Source: Candidatus Avoscillospira avicola (GTDB taxonomy: Bacteria > Bacillota > Clostridia > Oscillospirales > Oscillospiraceae). From it: a DNA stretch of 64,000 nt. The notes below the pieces were generated by a model. That model was not told the DNA's origin. It made no database searches and worked only from the letters and a program-made list of their open reading frames with translations. Positions within the stretch are counted from its first letter, which is position 1. Every line of letters starts with the position of its first letter. The stretch spans positions 16,980-80,979 of the forward strand of contig DVHE01000056.1 of assembly GCA_018712245.1 (NCBI GenBank), in the 5' to 3' direction. This document shows positions 50,643 to 61,309 of this stretch, in pieces. Both the position numbers and the translations under genes were made by a program.

Positions 50643-51335
50643 TCACAGCATCATGCGCCCCAGAGCCTGCGCCAGCGGCGTCAGAAGCCAGGATATCCCG
50701 TCGATCAACTGCGAACGCAGGAACAGCAGGGGCGTATCCAGCACATTCAAGAGGAGCAAAATCACCAGAAGAATCATGCCGTAGCGCTCATAGCGCATCC
50801 ATTTGGCGTAATAGGGGCCCGGCAGCACAGCCAGCAGAATTTTGGAGCCGTCCAGCGGCGGAATGGGAAAGAGATTGAATACCGCCAGACCTGCACTGAG
50901 CAGGGCGGTATACTCCAAGAACAAGATCACATAGTTCCAAACTGCCCCGGCACCAGTCTTCAGCGCCAGAAAAATGGCCACCATCCGAAGCGCCAAGGAC
51001 ACCAGGGCCAGCAGCACATTGGACACCGGCCCCGCCAGGGCTGTCAGCGCCATGCCAAGCCTGGGATTGCGAAAGCGCCGCATATCCACCGGCACAGGCT
51101 TGGCCCAGCCGAAGCGCACCAGCGCCATCATCAAAAGGCCTACCCAGTCCACATGGTGCAGCGGATTGAAGGAGAGCCGGCCCATGCGTTTGGCCGTGTC
51201 GTCCCCCTGCCAATAGGCTGCCCAGCCGTGGCAGGTCTCGTGGACTGTGATGCACAGCAGAGACGCTGCGACGATGATCAGAGTATCCCATATGCTATCC
51301 AGCCGCAGCTGTCGGAACCAGTCGGCGATGCTCAC
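50643..51335 (-). CDS. M50-family site-2 protease-like membrane metalloprotease
   Basis: HExxH in VHETCHGWAA, NPLHHVDW, polytopic, and LFPIPPLDGS. Confidence 0.8.
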   Translation of the reverse strand: MSIADWFRQLRLDSIWDTLIIVAASLLCITVHETCHGWAAYWQGDDTAKRMGRLSFNPLHHVDWVGLLMMALVRFGWAKPVPVDMRRFRNPRLGMALTALAGPVSNVLLALVSLALRMVAIFLALKTGAGAVWNYVILFLEYTALLSAGLAVFNLFPIPPLDGSKILLAVLPGPYYAKWMRYERYGMILLVILLLLNVLDTPLLFLRSQLIDGISWLLTPLAQALGRMML

Positions 51336-51369
51336 GCCTACACCCCCTCAGTATGTCAAAACGCGGCGG

Positions 51370-51966
51370 TTACAGAGAGACAAGCGCCTCCACCCGGGCC
51401 AGGAGCGTTTCGCGGCCCATTCCCTTCTCCGCGGAAAAGGGAATGAGTTCCACGCTGTCGTCCAGGTGCAGTGTCTCACGAATCAGGGCGAGGTTTGGCT
51501 CAATTTCGCTCTTTTTCAGCTTGTCCAGCTTATTGGCCACCACCAGATAGGGCTTTCCGGTATTCTGGAAAAACCGGGCCATGGTGATATCGTTTTCCGT
51601 GGGCTTGTGGCGGGCGTCTACGATCAGCACGCCCAAGGTGATCCAGCTGGGATCTGCAAAATAGCCCTCGATCAGCTTGGCCCACCGCTCTTTTTCCGCC
51701 TGCGGCACCTTTGCATAGCCATAACCAGGCAAATCTACCAAATAGAGCGCCTCGTCCAGGAGGAAAAAGTTGATATGAGTGGTCTTTCCCGGCGCTTCGC
51801 CCACCCGGGCGAAGTTCTTCCGCAGCAGCAGCCGGTTGATGACGGAGGACTTGCCCACATTGGAGCGGCCCGCAAAGGCCACCTGGGGAAGACCGTCCCC
51901 CGGGCAGTCGGAGAGCGCCGCAACGGAACGGATAAATTTTACATTGTGAATATTCATAGGCAGCAC
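51370..51966 (-). CDS. engB: ribosome biogenesis GTP-binding protein YsxC/EngB
   Basis: FAGRSNVGKSSVINRLL (G1), VDLPGYGYA (G3), VVANKLDK (G4). Confidence 0.9.
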   Translation of the reverse strand: MLPMNIHNVKFIRSVAALSDCPGDGLPQVAFAGRSNVGKSSVINRLLLRKNFARVGEAPGKTTHINFFLLDEALYLVDLPGYGYAKVPQAEKERWAKLIEGYFADPSWITLGVLIVDARHKPTENDITMARFFQNTGKPYLVVANKLDKLKKSEIEPNLALIRETLHLDDSVELIPFSAEKGMGRETLLARVEALVSL

Positions 51967-54396
51967 CTATTGGCGAATACCGGTCTTGTGAGCCTTGTTC
52001 TGTTCTCGGCTTACCGCCAGCTGCGCCTCCTGGGGCACCTGAGACGGCACTGGCTCTTCCTCCGGTCGCTGGAAATCCAGCGCTGCTTCCAGCACGGAAT
52101 CCACATGGGACACCGTTAGGAAGTTCAGGGCCTTGCGGACGGTCTGGTCGATCTCCTCCAGGTCCTTGGCGTTGGCTTCGGGGATGATGACGGTTTTGAT
52201 TCCGTGGCGGAGTGCCGCCATGGTCTTCTCCTTCAGTCCGCCAATGGGCAAAACGCGCCCGCGAATGGAAATTTCGCCGGTCATGGCGATATCCCGCCGC
52301 ACCCGCAGCCCCGTCAGCGCGGAGACCATAGCGGTGCAGATGGTGATGCCTGCGGAGGGACCGTCCTTGGGGATGGCGCCCTCTGGGAAGTGGACGTGGA
52401 TATCCTTGGTCTTATAGAAATCCGCCGGGATTTGCAGCTTTTCCGCCCGGGAGCGGATATAGCTCATGGCGGCATAGACGGATTCCTTCATCACGTCGCC
52501 CAGGTTGCCGGTCAGCTCCAGCTTGCCGGTGCCGTCCACGACGTTGACCTCCACCTCCAGGGTTTCGCCGCCCACACTGGTCCAGGCCAGGCCCGTCACC
52601 AGACCGACGGTATCTGCCGGCGGCAGCGGGTCGGGCAGGAACTTCCGAACGCCTAAAAACTCCTCCAGATTGCCGCCCGTGACGGTGATCCGCTTGGGCG
52701 CCTTTTCGGAGACGAAGCGCATATCGCATTTGCGGCACAGCGTTGCCAGCTCTCGCTCCAGATTGCGCACGCCGGATTCCCGGGTGTAACAGCTGATGAT
52801 CTCGCGGATGGCGTCGTCGCTGAGGCGCACCTGGCTCTTCTTGAGGCCGTGCTTTTGCAGCTGCTTGGGGAAAAGATGGTTCTTGGCAATTTGCAGCTTT
52901 TCTTCATCGGTATAGGAAGAAAGCTCAATAACCTCCATCCGGTCCAGCAGCGGCGCGGGGATGGTGGAGGTGGTGTTAGCGGTGGTGATGAACATACACT
53001 CGCTGAGGTCAAAGGGAACTTCCAGGTAGTGGTCCCGGAAGGAGCTGTTTTGCTCGGCGTCCAGAACCTCCAGCAGTGCCGAAGAGGGATCGCCCCGGTA
53101 GTCGCTGCCCAGCTTGTCGATTTCATCTAGCAGCAGCAGCGGGTTCTTCGACTTGGCTTGGGCCACCGCCGCGATGATCCGGCCGGGCATGGCGCCGATA
53201 TAGGTCTTACGGTGGCCGCGGATGTCGGCCTCGTCATGGACGCCGCCAAGAGAGATGCGGGCCAGGTTCCGGTTGAGGGCCCGGGCGATGCTGATGGCCA
53301 CGGAGGTCTTGCCTACACCGGGAGGCCCAACGAGACAGATGATCTGCCCCGGCAGCTCCGGCGCCATCTTCCGCACGGCGAAAATCTCCAGAATCCGCTC
53401 CTTGACCTTCTCCAGGCCGAAGTGATCCTCATCCAGCACCTTTCTGGCAGCGCGGATATCCACCCGCTCTTTGGTGCGGGTATTCCAGGGCAGCTCCAGA
53501 CAGGTGTCCAGGTACGTCCGCAGCACGGCTGCTTCTGAGGAGTTGGAGGGCTGCTTGCTCAGCCGCTTGAGTTCCTTGAGGAGTTTTTCAGTAATCTCCT
53601 CCGGGAGCTGCAGCGCGACGATGGCGTCGTGGTAGTTCTGAAGCTCTTCCTCATCGTCCCCTTCCCCCAGCTCGGACTGGATGACCCGCAGCTGCTCGCG
53701 CAGGTAATAGTCCCGCTGGCCCTTGTTGACACTTTCCTGGACCTTCTCCTGGATTTCCGATTCCAGCTGGAGGATATCCAACTCCCGGCCCAGCAGGATC
53801 AGCGCCAGCTCCAGCCGCTTCATGGGGTGCAGCTGCTCCAGGACCTTCTGCTTTTCGGCGTAGTTGATGGAGGAATTCTGGGTGATATAGTCGGCAATGT
53901 ACCCAGGGTCCTGGGAGGTCAGCACCGGCGCCAGGCCGTCCTGGGGAGAGCGTCCGGTCAGCTCCAGGAAGTGGTCATAGAGGACCTGAGCCTCGCGGAT
54001 CATGGCCTCTACCTTGGGGGCGGACTTGGTATAGGGCTGGTCTGCCACCGTCTCCACGCGGCCATAGAAGTACGGCTCCATCTGGATGCACTCCGTGATT
54101 CGGGCACGGTACTTCCCTTCCACCAGAATGCGAAGGCTATCCCCCGGCAGCTTGAGAATTTGCTTGATGGTGCAGACAGTGCCGATGGAATAGAGTTCGC
54201 TGAGGTCCGGGTCATCGGCCTGAATGTCCTTCTGCGTCACCAGAAAGATTTCCTGGTTGTGGTTGCGCATGGCCTCCTCGATGGAGCGGACAGACTTCTT
54301 CCGTCCCACATCGAAATGAATGGTCATGGCTGGAAATACGTTGAGTCCCCGCAGCGCCAGAACCGGCAGCCGCTGGGATAATAGCAGTTCGTTCAA
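51967..54396 (-). CDS. lon: ATP-dependent Lon protease
   Basis: 809 aa. LON N-domain, Walker A GPPGVGKTS, and catalytic PKDGPSAGIT. Confidence 0.95.
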   Translation of the reverse strand: MNELLLSQRLPVLALRGLNVFPAMTIHFDVGRKKSVRSIEEAMRNHNQEIFLVTQKDIQADDPDLSELYSIGTVCTIKQILKLPGDSLRILVEGKYRARITECIQMEPYFYGRVETVADQPYTKSAPKVEAMIREAQVLYDHFLELTGRSPQDGLAPVLTSQDPGYIADYITQNSSINYAEKQKVLEQLHPMKRLELALILLGRELDILQLESEIQEKVQESVNKGQRDYYLREQLRVIQSELGEGDDEEELQNYHDAIVALQLPEEITEKLLKELKRLSKQPSNSSEAAVLRTYLDTCLELPWNTRTKERVDIRAARKVLDEDHFGLEKVKERILEIFAVRKMAPELPGQIICLVGPPGVGKTSVAISIARALNRNLARISLGGVHDEADIRGHRKTYIGAMPGRIIAAVAQAKSKNPLLLLDEIDKLGSDYRGDPSSALLEVLDAEQNSSFRDHYLEVPFDLSECMFITTANTTSTIPAPLLDRMEVIELSSYTDEEKLQIAKNHLFPKQLQKHGLKKSQVRLSDDAIREIISCYTRESGVRNLERELATLCRKCDMRFVSEKAPKRITVTGGNLEEFLGVRKFLPDPLPPADTVGLVTGLAWTSVGGETLEVEVNVVDGTGKLELTGNLGDVMKESVYAAMSYIRSRAEKLQIPADFYKTKDIHVHFPEGAIPKDGPSAGITICTAMVSALTGLRVRRDIAMTGEISIRGRVLPIGGLKEKTMAALRHGIKTVIIPEANAKDLEEIDQTVRKALNFLTVSHVDSVLEAALDFQRPEEEPVPSQVPQEAQLAVSREQNKAHKTGIRQ

Positions 54397-54424
54397 AATA
54401 GTTCCCTCCTTTTCAGGGAATCAT

Positions 54425-54459
54425 ATCAAACACAAAGAGAGGGCCAGAGCCCCCTCTTT
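54425..54459 (-). terminator. probable terminator after clpX
   Basis: Stem AAAGAGAGGG / CCCCCTCTTT with one A-C mismatch. Followed on the minus strand by GUGUUUGAU. Confidence 0.45.
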
Positions 54460-54467
54460 GCATCTCG

Positions 54468-55733
54468 CTACAGTGTTACACCGGCGTTCCGAATGGGTTT
54501 ACGCGGCTTGGAGCTGTCTCTGATGACCTGGGGCTTCTCGCCGTCGCGCACACACGCTTCCGTAATCAAAACGCTTTGGATGGTGGGATCAGAGGGGATG
54601 TCATACATAATACCCGTCATAATCTCTTCCATGATGGCGCGCAGTCCTCTCGCGCCGATTTTTCGCTGGATGGCCTTTTCTGCGATGGCCTCCAGCGCAG
54701 CCTCCTCAAAGCTGAGGGTGACTTGGTCGTACTCCAGGAGCTTGCGGTACTGCTTGCACAGGGCGTTCTTCGGCTCCGTGAGAATCCGCATCAAGTCTTC
54801 CTTCTGGAGGCTCTGGAGGGAGGTGATCACCGGCAGACGGCCCACCAGCTCCGGGATAATGCCAAATTTCAGCAGGTCGTGGGGCTGCACAAGACGGAAC
54901 AGCTGGCCCACATCGGCATCCTCTTTGCGCTTGATCTCCGAGCCGAAGCCGATGGAGGAGCGGTCGGTGCGCCGCTCGATGATCTTATCTAGGCCATCAA
55001 AGGCACCGCCGCAAATGAAGAGAATGTTGGTGGTGTCGATCTGGATAAATTCCTGCTGGGGGTGCTTCCGGCCGCCCTGGGGCGGCACGTTGGCCACGGT
55101 GCCCTCGAGAATTTTCAACAGCGCCTGCTGCACGCCCTCGCCGGAGACGTCCCGGGTGATGGAGGTGTTCTCGCTCTTGCGGGCGATCTTGTCCATCTCG
55201 TCGATGTAGATGATGCCGCGCTGGGCCAGCTCCACGTCAAAGTCCGCCGCCTGCAAAAGCCGCAGGAGGATATTCTCCACGTCCTCGCCCACGTAGCCGG
55301 CCTCGGTCAGCGTCGTGGCGTCTGCGATGGCAAAGGGCACGTTGAGGATCTTGGCCAGAGTCTGGGCGAAGAGCGTCTTACCGGAGCCCGTGGGGCCGAT
55401 GAGCAAAATGTTGCTCTTTTGCAGCTCCACGTCGGAATCGTTTTCGAAGTAGATGCGCTTGTAGTGGTTATAGACCGCCACCGACAGGGCGACCTTGGCG
55501 TCGTCCTGGCCGATGATATAGTGGTCCATATAGTTCTTAATCTCCTGAGGCGTGGGAAGCGTGTCCGGCAATTCAAAGGAGGGTGCCTGGGAGACGCTCA
55601 TATCGTCCCGCAGGATGCCGGCACAGAGTTCCACGCACTCATTGCAGATGGCGACATTCGGTCCGGCAATGATCCGGTTGACCTGCTCCTGGCGCTTGCC
55701 GCAGAAGGAACAGCGGATGGAGTCTCTAGCCAA
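54468..55733 (-). CDS. clpX: ATP-dependent Clp protease ATP-binding subunit ClpX
   Basis: Zinc finger CSFCGK...CNEC, Walker A GPTGSGKT, and IGFG loop. Confidence 0.95.
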   Translation of the reverse strand: MARDSIRCSFCGKRQEQVNRIIAGPNVAICNECVELCAGILRDDMSVSQAPSFELPDTLPTPQEIKNYMDHYIIGQDDAKVALSVAVYNHYKRIYFENDSDVELQKSNILLIGPTGSGKTLFAQTLAKILNVPFAIADATTLTEAGYVGEDVENILLRLLQAADFDVELAQRGIIYIDEMDKIARKSENTSITRDVSGEGVQQALLKILEGTVANVPPQGGRKHPQQEFIQIDTTNILFICGGAFDGLDKIIERRTDRSSIGFGSEIKRKEDADVGQLFRLVQPHDLLKFGIIPELVGRLPVITSLQSLQKEDLMRILTEPKNALCKQYRKLLEYDQVTLSFEEAALEAIAEKAIQRKIGARGLRAIMEEIMTGIMYDIPSDPTIQSVLITEACVRDGEKPQVIRDSSKPRKPIRNAGVTL

Positions 55734-55760
55734 AGGGGTTACTTCCTTTCCTCTGCCGCT

Positions 55761-56342
55761 TTAGCGCCGGTAGATCACCTGGTCCACAAGACCATAGTCC
55801 CGGGCTTCCTCGGCAGACATGAAATGATCGCGCTCGGTATCGCGCTGGATGATCTCCAGCGGCTTGCCGGTATTCTCCGCTAGGATGCGGTTGAGCTGAT
55901 CTTTGATCCGCAGCATCCGCTCCACATGGATTTGCATATCCGTGGTCTGGCCCTGGGTCCCGCCCAGCGGCTGATGGATCATGATTTCCGCGTTGGGCAG
56001 CGCCATGCGCTTGCCCTTGGCGCCGGCGGAAAGCAGAAACGCGCCCATGGAAGCGGCCATGCCGATGCAGATGGTAGAGACGTCGCACTTGACATACTGC
56101 ATGGTGTCATAGATGGCCATGCCGGCTGTGACGGAGCCGCCGGGGGAGTTAATGTAAAACTGGATGTCCTTGTCAGGGTCCTGACCCTCCAGATACAGCA
56201 TCTGTGCCACCACCAGGCTGGCCGTCGTGTCGTTGACCTCCTCGGAGAGAAGGATAATACGGTCGTTGAGCAGCCGAGAGAAAATATCATAGCTCCGCTC
56301 GCCGCGGCTGGTCTGCTCAACAACATAGGGAATGAAACTCAT
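55761..56342 (-). CDS. clpP: ATP-dependent Clp protease proteolytic subunit
   Basis: [11 protein letters not shown], and catalytic [11 protein letters not shown] and MIHQPLGG. Confidence 0.95.
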   Translation of the reverse strand: MSFIPYVVEQTSRGERSYDIFSRLLNDRIILLSEEVNDTTASLVVAQMLYLEGQDPDKDIQFYINSPGGSVTAGMAIYDTMQYVKCDVSTICIGMAASMGAFLLSAGAKGKRMALPNAEIMIHQPLGGTQGQTTDMQIHVERMLRIKDQLNRILAENTGKPLEIIQRDTERDHFMSAEEARDYGLVDQVIYRR

Positions 56343-56396
56343 AGAATACTCCTTTCACCGGTTTATCTGAGAGATTCTAACCGGGCCAGAGCCGGA

Positions 56397-57713
56397 TTAT
56401 TCCTCCGTTTTGGAAGCCTCGGCCTCTTCTGCCTTGGGCAGAGCCGTGGCAACGGCGCTCTCGGTGATGAGCTTGACGGCCTTGCGGGTGGCCAGGTCAG
56501 CCTTGAGAGCCTCGTCACTGACGGCGGCGCGGACCTTGTCCTCCTCCATGGAGTACTGCTCAGCCAGGCGCTTGACTTCCTCAGCCACTTCCTCGTCGGT
56601 GGCGGTGAGGCCCTCGGCCTCCACCACGGCAGCCAGCAGCACGTTGTTGCGGACAGTGGTCTCAGCCATGGGCCGCATGGAGTTGCGCATGGCGTTCATG
56701 TCGCCGCCCATCATCTTGGCGTAGTCCTCCAGCTTCATACCGTTCATCTGCAGCTGGTAAGCAAACTGCTCCAGATTCTTGTCCACCTGCTCCTCGATCA
56801 TGGAGGCAGGGATCTCGCAGGTCATATTGGCAGCGGCCTTCTCCACAGCGGCGCTCTCAAAGGCGCGCTCCACGGCCTCGCGGCGCTCGTTCTCACGCTT
56901 GGCGCGGATGTCGGCGCGCAGGGCGTCCAGGGTGTCAAACTCGGAGACGTCCTTGGCGAACTCGTCGTCCTTCTCGGGCATCTGGGTCTCCTTGACCTCG
57001 TGGATCTTGCACTTGAAGACCACGGGCTTGCCGGCCAGCTCGGGGGTGTAGTTCTCGGGGAAGGTCACGTCCACGTCCTTCTCATCGCCGGCGGACAGGC
57101 CCACCAGAGCCTCTTCAAAGCCGGGGACGAAGGAGTGGGAGCCCAGCTTCAGGCTGTAGCCTTCGGCCTTGCCGCCCTCAAAGGGCACGCCGTTGTCGAA
57201 GCCCTCGAAGTCCAGGATCACGGTGTCGCCTTCCTGGGCGGGGCGCTCCACGGTCTCGATGCGGCTGTTGCGCTCGGCCATGCGGTCGATTTCGGCCTCG
57301 ACCTCTTCATCGGTCACATTGACTTCGGACTTGGGAACCTCCAGGCCCTTGTAATCGCCCAGGGTCACTTCGGGGTAGAGATCAGTCTCCACCGTGAGGA
57401 CAACGCCGCCATCCTCGCCGTCTTCCAGGTTGGAGACGTAGGGCGTGCCGACGGCCTTGATCTCCTGGGCCACGATGGCCTTTTCATAGACCTCGGGGAA
57501 AATCTCGTTGACAGCGTCTTCATAGAACACCTTGGCGCCGTACATACCCTCGACCACCTTCCGGGGGGCCTTGCCCTTGCGGAAGCCGGGGACAAAGATA
57601 TCTTTGCGGCTCTTGTTGTAGGCCTTGGTCAGAGCGGCGTCAAACTCCGCCTTCTCCACTTCGACGATGATTTTGGCCTTTCCGGCGGCTTTCTCGGTGT
57701 TTTTCACATTCAT
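56397..57713 (-). CDS. tig: trigger factor
   Basis: Starts MNVKNTEKAAGK (ATG 57711..57713). GFRKGKAPRKVVE ribosome-binding motif. Central FKBP-like domain. Confidence 0.9.
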   Translation of the reverse strand: MNVKNTEKAAGKAKIIVEVEKAEFDAALTKAYNKSRKDIFVPGFRKGKAPRKVVEGMYGAKVFYEDAVNEIFPEVYEKAIVAQEIKAVGTPYVSNLEDGEDGGVVLTVETDLYPEVTLGDYKGLEVPKSEVNVTDEEVEAEIDRMAERNSRIETVERPAQEGDTVILDFEGFDNGVPFEGGKAEGYSLKLGSHSFVPGFEEALVGLSAGDEKDVDVTFPENYTPELAGKPVVFKCKIHEVKETQMPEKDDEFAKDVSEFDTLDALRADIRAKRENERREAVERAFESAAVEKAAANMTCEIPASMIEEQVDKNLEQFAYQLQMNGMKLEDYAKMMGGDMNAMRNSMRPMAETTVRNNVLLAAVVEAEGLTATDEEVAEEVKRLAEQYSMEEDKVRAAVSDEALKADLATRKAVKLITESAVATALPKAEEAEASKTEE

Positions 57714-57847
57714 GGGTGTTGTTCCTCCTATGTGGTGGGCCATTGCTGGCCATAGTTACTCCTTTGCCATGATCTCATGGCAGAGTATAATATTAACAGA
57801 AGTTTGTGAAGATTTCTACCCTTTTTTCCGGAATTTCGGAAAATATT

Positions 57848-58537
57848 TTATGGAAGCAGACGGACCGGCAGGAAATCTACATAGTCCGCCGCCACCAGCT
57901 GAAAGGCAGTGCCGTCCCAGAGGCCCTCCAACGCCAGCTTATGGCTGTCGCCGTGGAGGTGGCCATAGCAGCAAAGGCGCACGCCGTAGGTCTTCAGCAG
58001 CTCCAGTATTTCCGGGCAGGTATAGCCGCGGTAGCGGGGCGGATAGTGGAGAAAGCAGAACTTCTCCCGGTCTCCCGCAGCCTTCAAGGAGGTCTCCAGG
58101 CGGATCAGCTCCCGGCGGAAGACCTTTTCATCGTGGGTGCCGCCCTTCTCCTCCTCGTAAAACCAGCCGCGGGTGCCGCAGAGTGCCACGTCGTCATAGA
58201 AAAAGGCGGTGTTGTGGAGCAGCGCCATATTTTCAAACCCGTTTTCCTGGCAGAACTTCGAAAATTTAGCTGCCGTACACCACCAGTAGTCGTGGTTTCC
58301 CTTCACCAGGAGCTTCCGGCCCGGGTAGGAGGCCAGGAAGGCGAAGTCGGCTCGGGCTTCCTCCAGCCCCAACGCCCAGCAGAAGTCGCCCACCAGAACC
58401 AGGGTGTCCGCCGGACGCAGCACCGAGAGGCTTTCCCGGAGCTTTTCTTGGTACCCGGTCCACTTGCCGCCAAAGACGTCCATGGGCTTGTCGGCCCCCA
58501 GTGCCAGGTGGAGATCCCCCAGCGCGTAGAGCGCCAT
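57848..58537 (-). CDS. calcineurin-like metallophosphoesterase
   Basis: GDLHL, VGDF, GNHDYWW and GHLH metal-ligand blocks. Confidence 0.8.
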   Translation of the reverse strand: MALYALGDLHLALGADKPMDVFGGKWTGYQEKLRESLSVLRPADTLVLVGDFCWALGLEEARADFAFLASYPGRKLLVKGNHDYWWCTAAKFSKFCQENGFENMALLHNTAFFYDDVALCGTRGWFYEEEKGGTHDEKVFRRELIRLETSLKAAGDREKFCFLHYPPRYRGYTCPEILELLKTYGVRLCCYGHLHGDSHKLALEGLWDGTAFQLVAADYVDFLPVRLLP

Positions 58538-60015
58538 CAGCGAAGGAACCGGTCCACTACCGCCGGCATCTCCTGCTTCTCTACAAATTCCGTAAAGCGG
58601 ACGGCCTTGCCGGCCAGAGAGGCCAGGGGCTGCGGCGCGGCTTTTCCGGTGACTTGGGTCAGCTGCTCCAGGATCGCGGTCCCCTGCCGCTGTTCCGTGA
58701 CGCCCAGTGCCTTGAGGACGCTGTCGCAGAACTTGAAGGGGCTGGCAGTGGAGGCGATCAGCGTGACGGTGTCGTCCGCCGTGGCGGCGCGGTAATCCTG
58801 CAACACCGTATAGGCCACCGCCGTATGGGTATCCATCAGGTAGCCGGTCTGGTGGAAGACCTTTTCGATGGTATTGAGGGTACGGGCATCGTCGCAGCAG
58901 CCGGAGACGAACTGCGCCCGGATGGCCTCTTTGACCTGGTCGGAGACCTCGTAGCGGCCCGTCTGGTTCAGCTGCTCCATGTAAGCGCGCACCTCCTGAT
59001 CCGAGCCGGTCAGGTCGTAGAGCAGCCGCTCCAGGTTGGAGGAGATCAGGATGTCCATGGACGGAGAAACCGTGTTGTAGAAGGGGCGGTTCCGGTCATA
59101 GATGCCGGTTTTCAGGAAGTCGGTGAGGACATTGTTGGCATTGGAGGCGCACAGCAGCTTTCCGACCGGCAGGCCCATCTTCTTGGCGTAGTAGCAGGCG
59201 AGAATATTGCCGAAGTTGCCGGTGGGGACGCAGACGTTCATGGTGTCACCCATCTGGAGCTTTCCGGCCTTTACGAGATCGCAGTAGGCGGAGATGTAGT
59301 AGACCACCTGCGGCAGGACCCGGCCCCAGTTGATGGAGTTGGCCGAGGAGAGGACATAGCCCCGCTGGCTGAGGGTCTCCCGGATGGCGGGATCGGAGAA
59401 AATCTTTTTCACGCCGGTCTGGGCGTCGTCAAAGTTGCCCACCACCGCCGAGACGCCGACGTTGCCGCCCTCCTGCGTGACCATCTGCAGCTGCTGGATG
59501 TCGGAGACGCCGTCCTTGGGATAGAACACCATGATCCTGGTGCCGTTCACATCCTTGAAGCCCTCCAGGGCAGCCTTGCCGGTGTCACCGGAGGTAGCCA
59601 CCAGGATGCAGACGGTCTTCTCCTCGCCGTTTTTCTGCATAGAGGCCGTCAGCAGGTGGGGCAGCATCTGAAGCGCCATGTCCTTGAAAGCACAGGTGGG
59701 GCCGTGCCACAGCTCCAGGATATGGGTCTTGCAGTGCAGCTCTCGCACCGGCGCCACTTCAGGGCAGTCAAACTTTGCAGGGCCGTAGGCCTTGTGGGCA
59801 AAGGTCAGAAGCTCTTCCTGGGTGAAGCCGTCCAGGAACAAGCCCATAATGGCGGCAGCGCGCGCTTCATACGTCATGGGCAGCAGCGTGTTGAGGTCAG
59901 GCAGCGCCGGGAAAAACTCCGGCAGGAACAGGCCGCCGTCCCGGCTCAGGCCCTGCTCAATGGCCTGGGCAGCCGTATAGGCGAGAGATTGGTCTCTGGT
60001 ACTTACATAGCGCAT
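58537..60015 (-). CDS. thrC: threonine synthase (long form)
   Basis: MRYVSTRD...GGLFLP N-terminus, and PLP lysine region CAFKDMALQ. Confidence 0.9.
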   Translation of the reverse strand: MRYVSTRDQSLAYTAAQAIEQGLSRDGGLFLPEFFPALPDLNTLLPMTYEARAAAIMGLFLDGFTQEELLTFAHKAYGPAKFDCPEVAPVRELHCKTHILELWHGPTCAFKDMALQMLPHLLTASMQKNGEEKTVCILVATSGDTGKAALEGFKDVNGTRIMVFYPKDGVSDIQQLQMVTQEGGNVGVSAVVGNFDDAQTGVKKIFSDPAIRETLSQRGYVLSSANSINWGRVLPQVVYYISAYCDLVKAGKLQMGDTMNVCVPTGNFGNILACYYAKKMGLPVGKLLCASNANNVLTDFLKTGIYDRNRPFYNTVSPSMDILISSNLERLLYDLTGSDQEVRAYMEQLNQTGRYEVSDQVKEAIRAQFVSGCCDDARTLNTIEKVFHQTGYLMDTHTAVAYTVLQDYRAATADDTVTLIASTASPFKFCDSVLKALGVTEQRQGTAILEQLTQVTGKAAPQPLASLAGKAVRFTEFVEKQEMPAVVDRFLR

Positions 60016-60947
60016 GATGTCACAACCCTTTTCAGTGTATTGGAAAAAATATCTTGAATCGTCTCTGGAGAGAAGCCGCTGGCCTCCAGGTGAGACGACA
60101 AGTCGTTGTAATTGGCCACGGACCGGAAGCCCGTAGGCAGCAGGTCGCAGCCGTCCAGATCGCCGCCCAGTGCGATGTGGCCCGCGCCGCCCAGCTGCAA
60201 AAAGTGGTCCATATGGCAGCGGACCGTATCCAGGTCCGCCTTCCCGTCTTCGGAAAGAAAATAGCCAAAGAGGTTGATGCCGGCGAAGCCGCCCGTCTCA
60301 CAGAGAGCCTTGAATTGCGCGTCGGTGAGATTACGGTTGTGGTGACAGAGGGTAAAGCTGTTGGAATGGCTGGCGACCACGGGCTTTTCCGCGATGTCCA
60401 TGATATCCCAGAACGCCTTCTCGGAAATGTGGCTCACATCAACGAGGATGCCCAACCGCTGGGCGCGCCGGACAAACTCCCTGCCCAGCGCCGTCAGCCC
60501 GGGGCCGTCCAGCTTGGAGCAGCCGGCTAGGGCGTTATTGGCATTCCAGGTCAGTGTCACCATCCGTATCCCCTGGGCATACGCCTCTTCCAGCCGCCCC
60601 GGGTCACAGCTTATACCCTCAGCGCCCTCCAGGGAGAGAAAGGCCGCCAGTTGTCCTGCTTGCAGCGCTGCTTCCAGTTCTTGGACGCTGCGGATGAGGA
60701 CGGCGCGGCCTCCCAGCCGCTCCAGCTCCCGGCGGAAATACTGGAGGCAATTTTCATAAAACGCCTCGCAGCTGTAGCCGGTATTCAGTCCCGGCAGCGG
60801 ACAGATGGCAAAGAACTGCCCGTAGCCCGCCAGCTCCCCCGCCGCCGCCAGACTGACGTCGGTGGTGCAGTGATCCAGGGTCTCCCCGCGCTTCCAAAGC
60901 TCCGCTGCCGTATCGCAGTGGGCGTCCAAAACCACATAGTTGCTCAT
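60003..60947 (-). CDS. M19-family membrane dipeptidase-like protein
   Basis: VLDAHCDT N-terminal metal motif, VDVSHIS, ASHSN. Confidence 0.8.
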   Translation of the reverse strand: MSNYVVLDAHCDTAAELWKRGETLDHCTTDVSLAAAGELAGYGQFFAICPLPGLNTGYSCEAFYENCLQYFRRELERLGGRAVLIRSVQELEAALQAGQLAAFLSLEGAEGISCDPGRLEEAYAQGIRMVTLTWNANNALAGCSKLDGPGLTALGREFVRRAQRLGILVDVSHISEKAFWDIMDIAEKPVVASHSNSFTLCHHNRNLTDAQFKALCETGGFAGINLFGYFLSEDGKADLDTVRCHMDHFLQLGGAGHIALGGDLDGCDLLPTGFRSVANYNDLSSHLEASGFSPETIQDIFSNTLKRVVTSCAM

Positions 60948-61309
60948 TGAAAGGCATCCTCCCAGTGGATGATTTCCGGTGCGGGTGTCTCCACCCCCTG
61001 CGGCGCGTAGATCTCAATGACGTCAAATCGCGGCTGCCGCCGGTCCGGATTGTTCTGGAGCCAGAGCATTGCCGTGGTGCGAATCCGCCGCTGCTTTTCC
61101 GCAGTGACAAATTCCCGGGCCTCACCAAACTGCGTCGTTTTGCGGAGCTTGACTTCCACGAACACCAGGAATTTCCGGTTGGCGGCGATCAGATCGATCT
61201 CGCCAAATTTGCAGCGGTAATTGCTGGCCAAAATCGCATAGCGCTTCTTCCGCAGATACTCCGCCGCCAGCGCCTCGCCCCAGGGTCCGGTGAGGCTACT
61301 TCTCCCCAT
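60944..61309 (-). CDS. YraN-family (UPF0102) endonuclease-like protein
   Basis: GEALAAEYLRKKRYAILASNYRCKFGEIDLIA...VFVEVK. Confidence 0.85.
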   Translation of the reverse strand: MGRSSLTGPWGEALAAEYLRKKRYAILASNYRCKFGEIDLIAANRKFLVFVEVKLRKTTQFGEAREFVTAEKQRRIRTTAMLWLQNNPDRRQPRFDVIEIYAPQGVETPAPEIIHWEDAFQ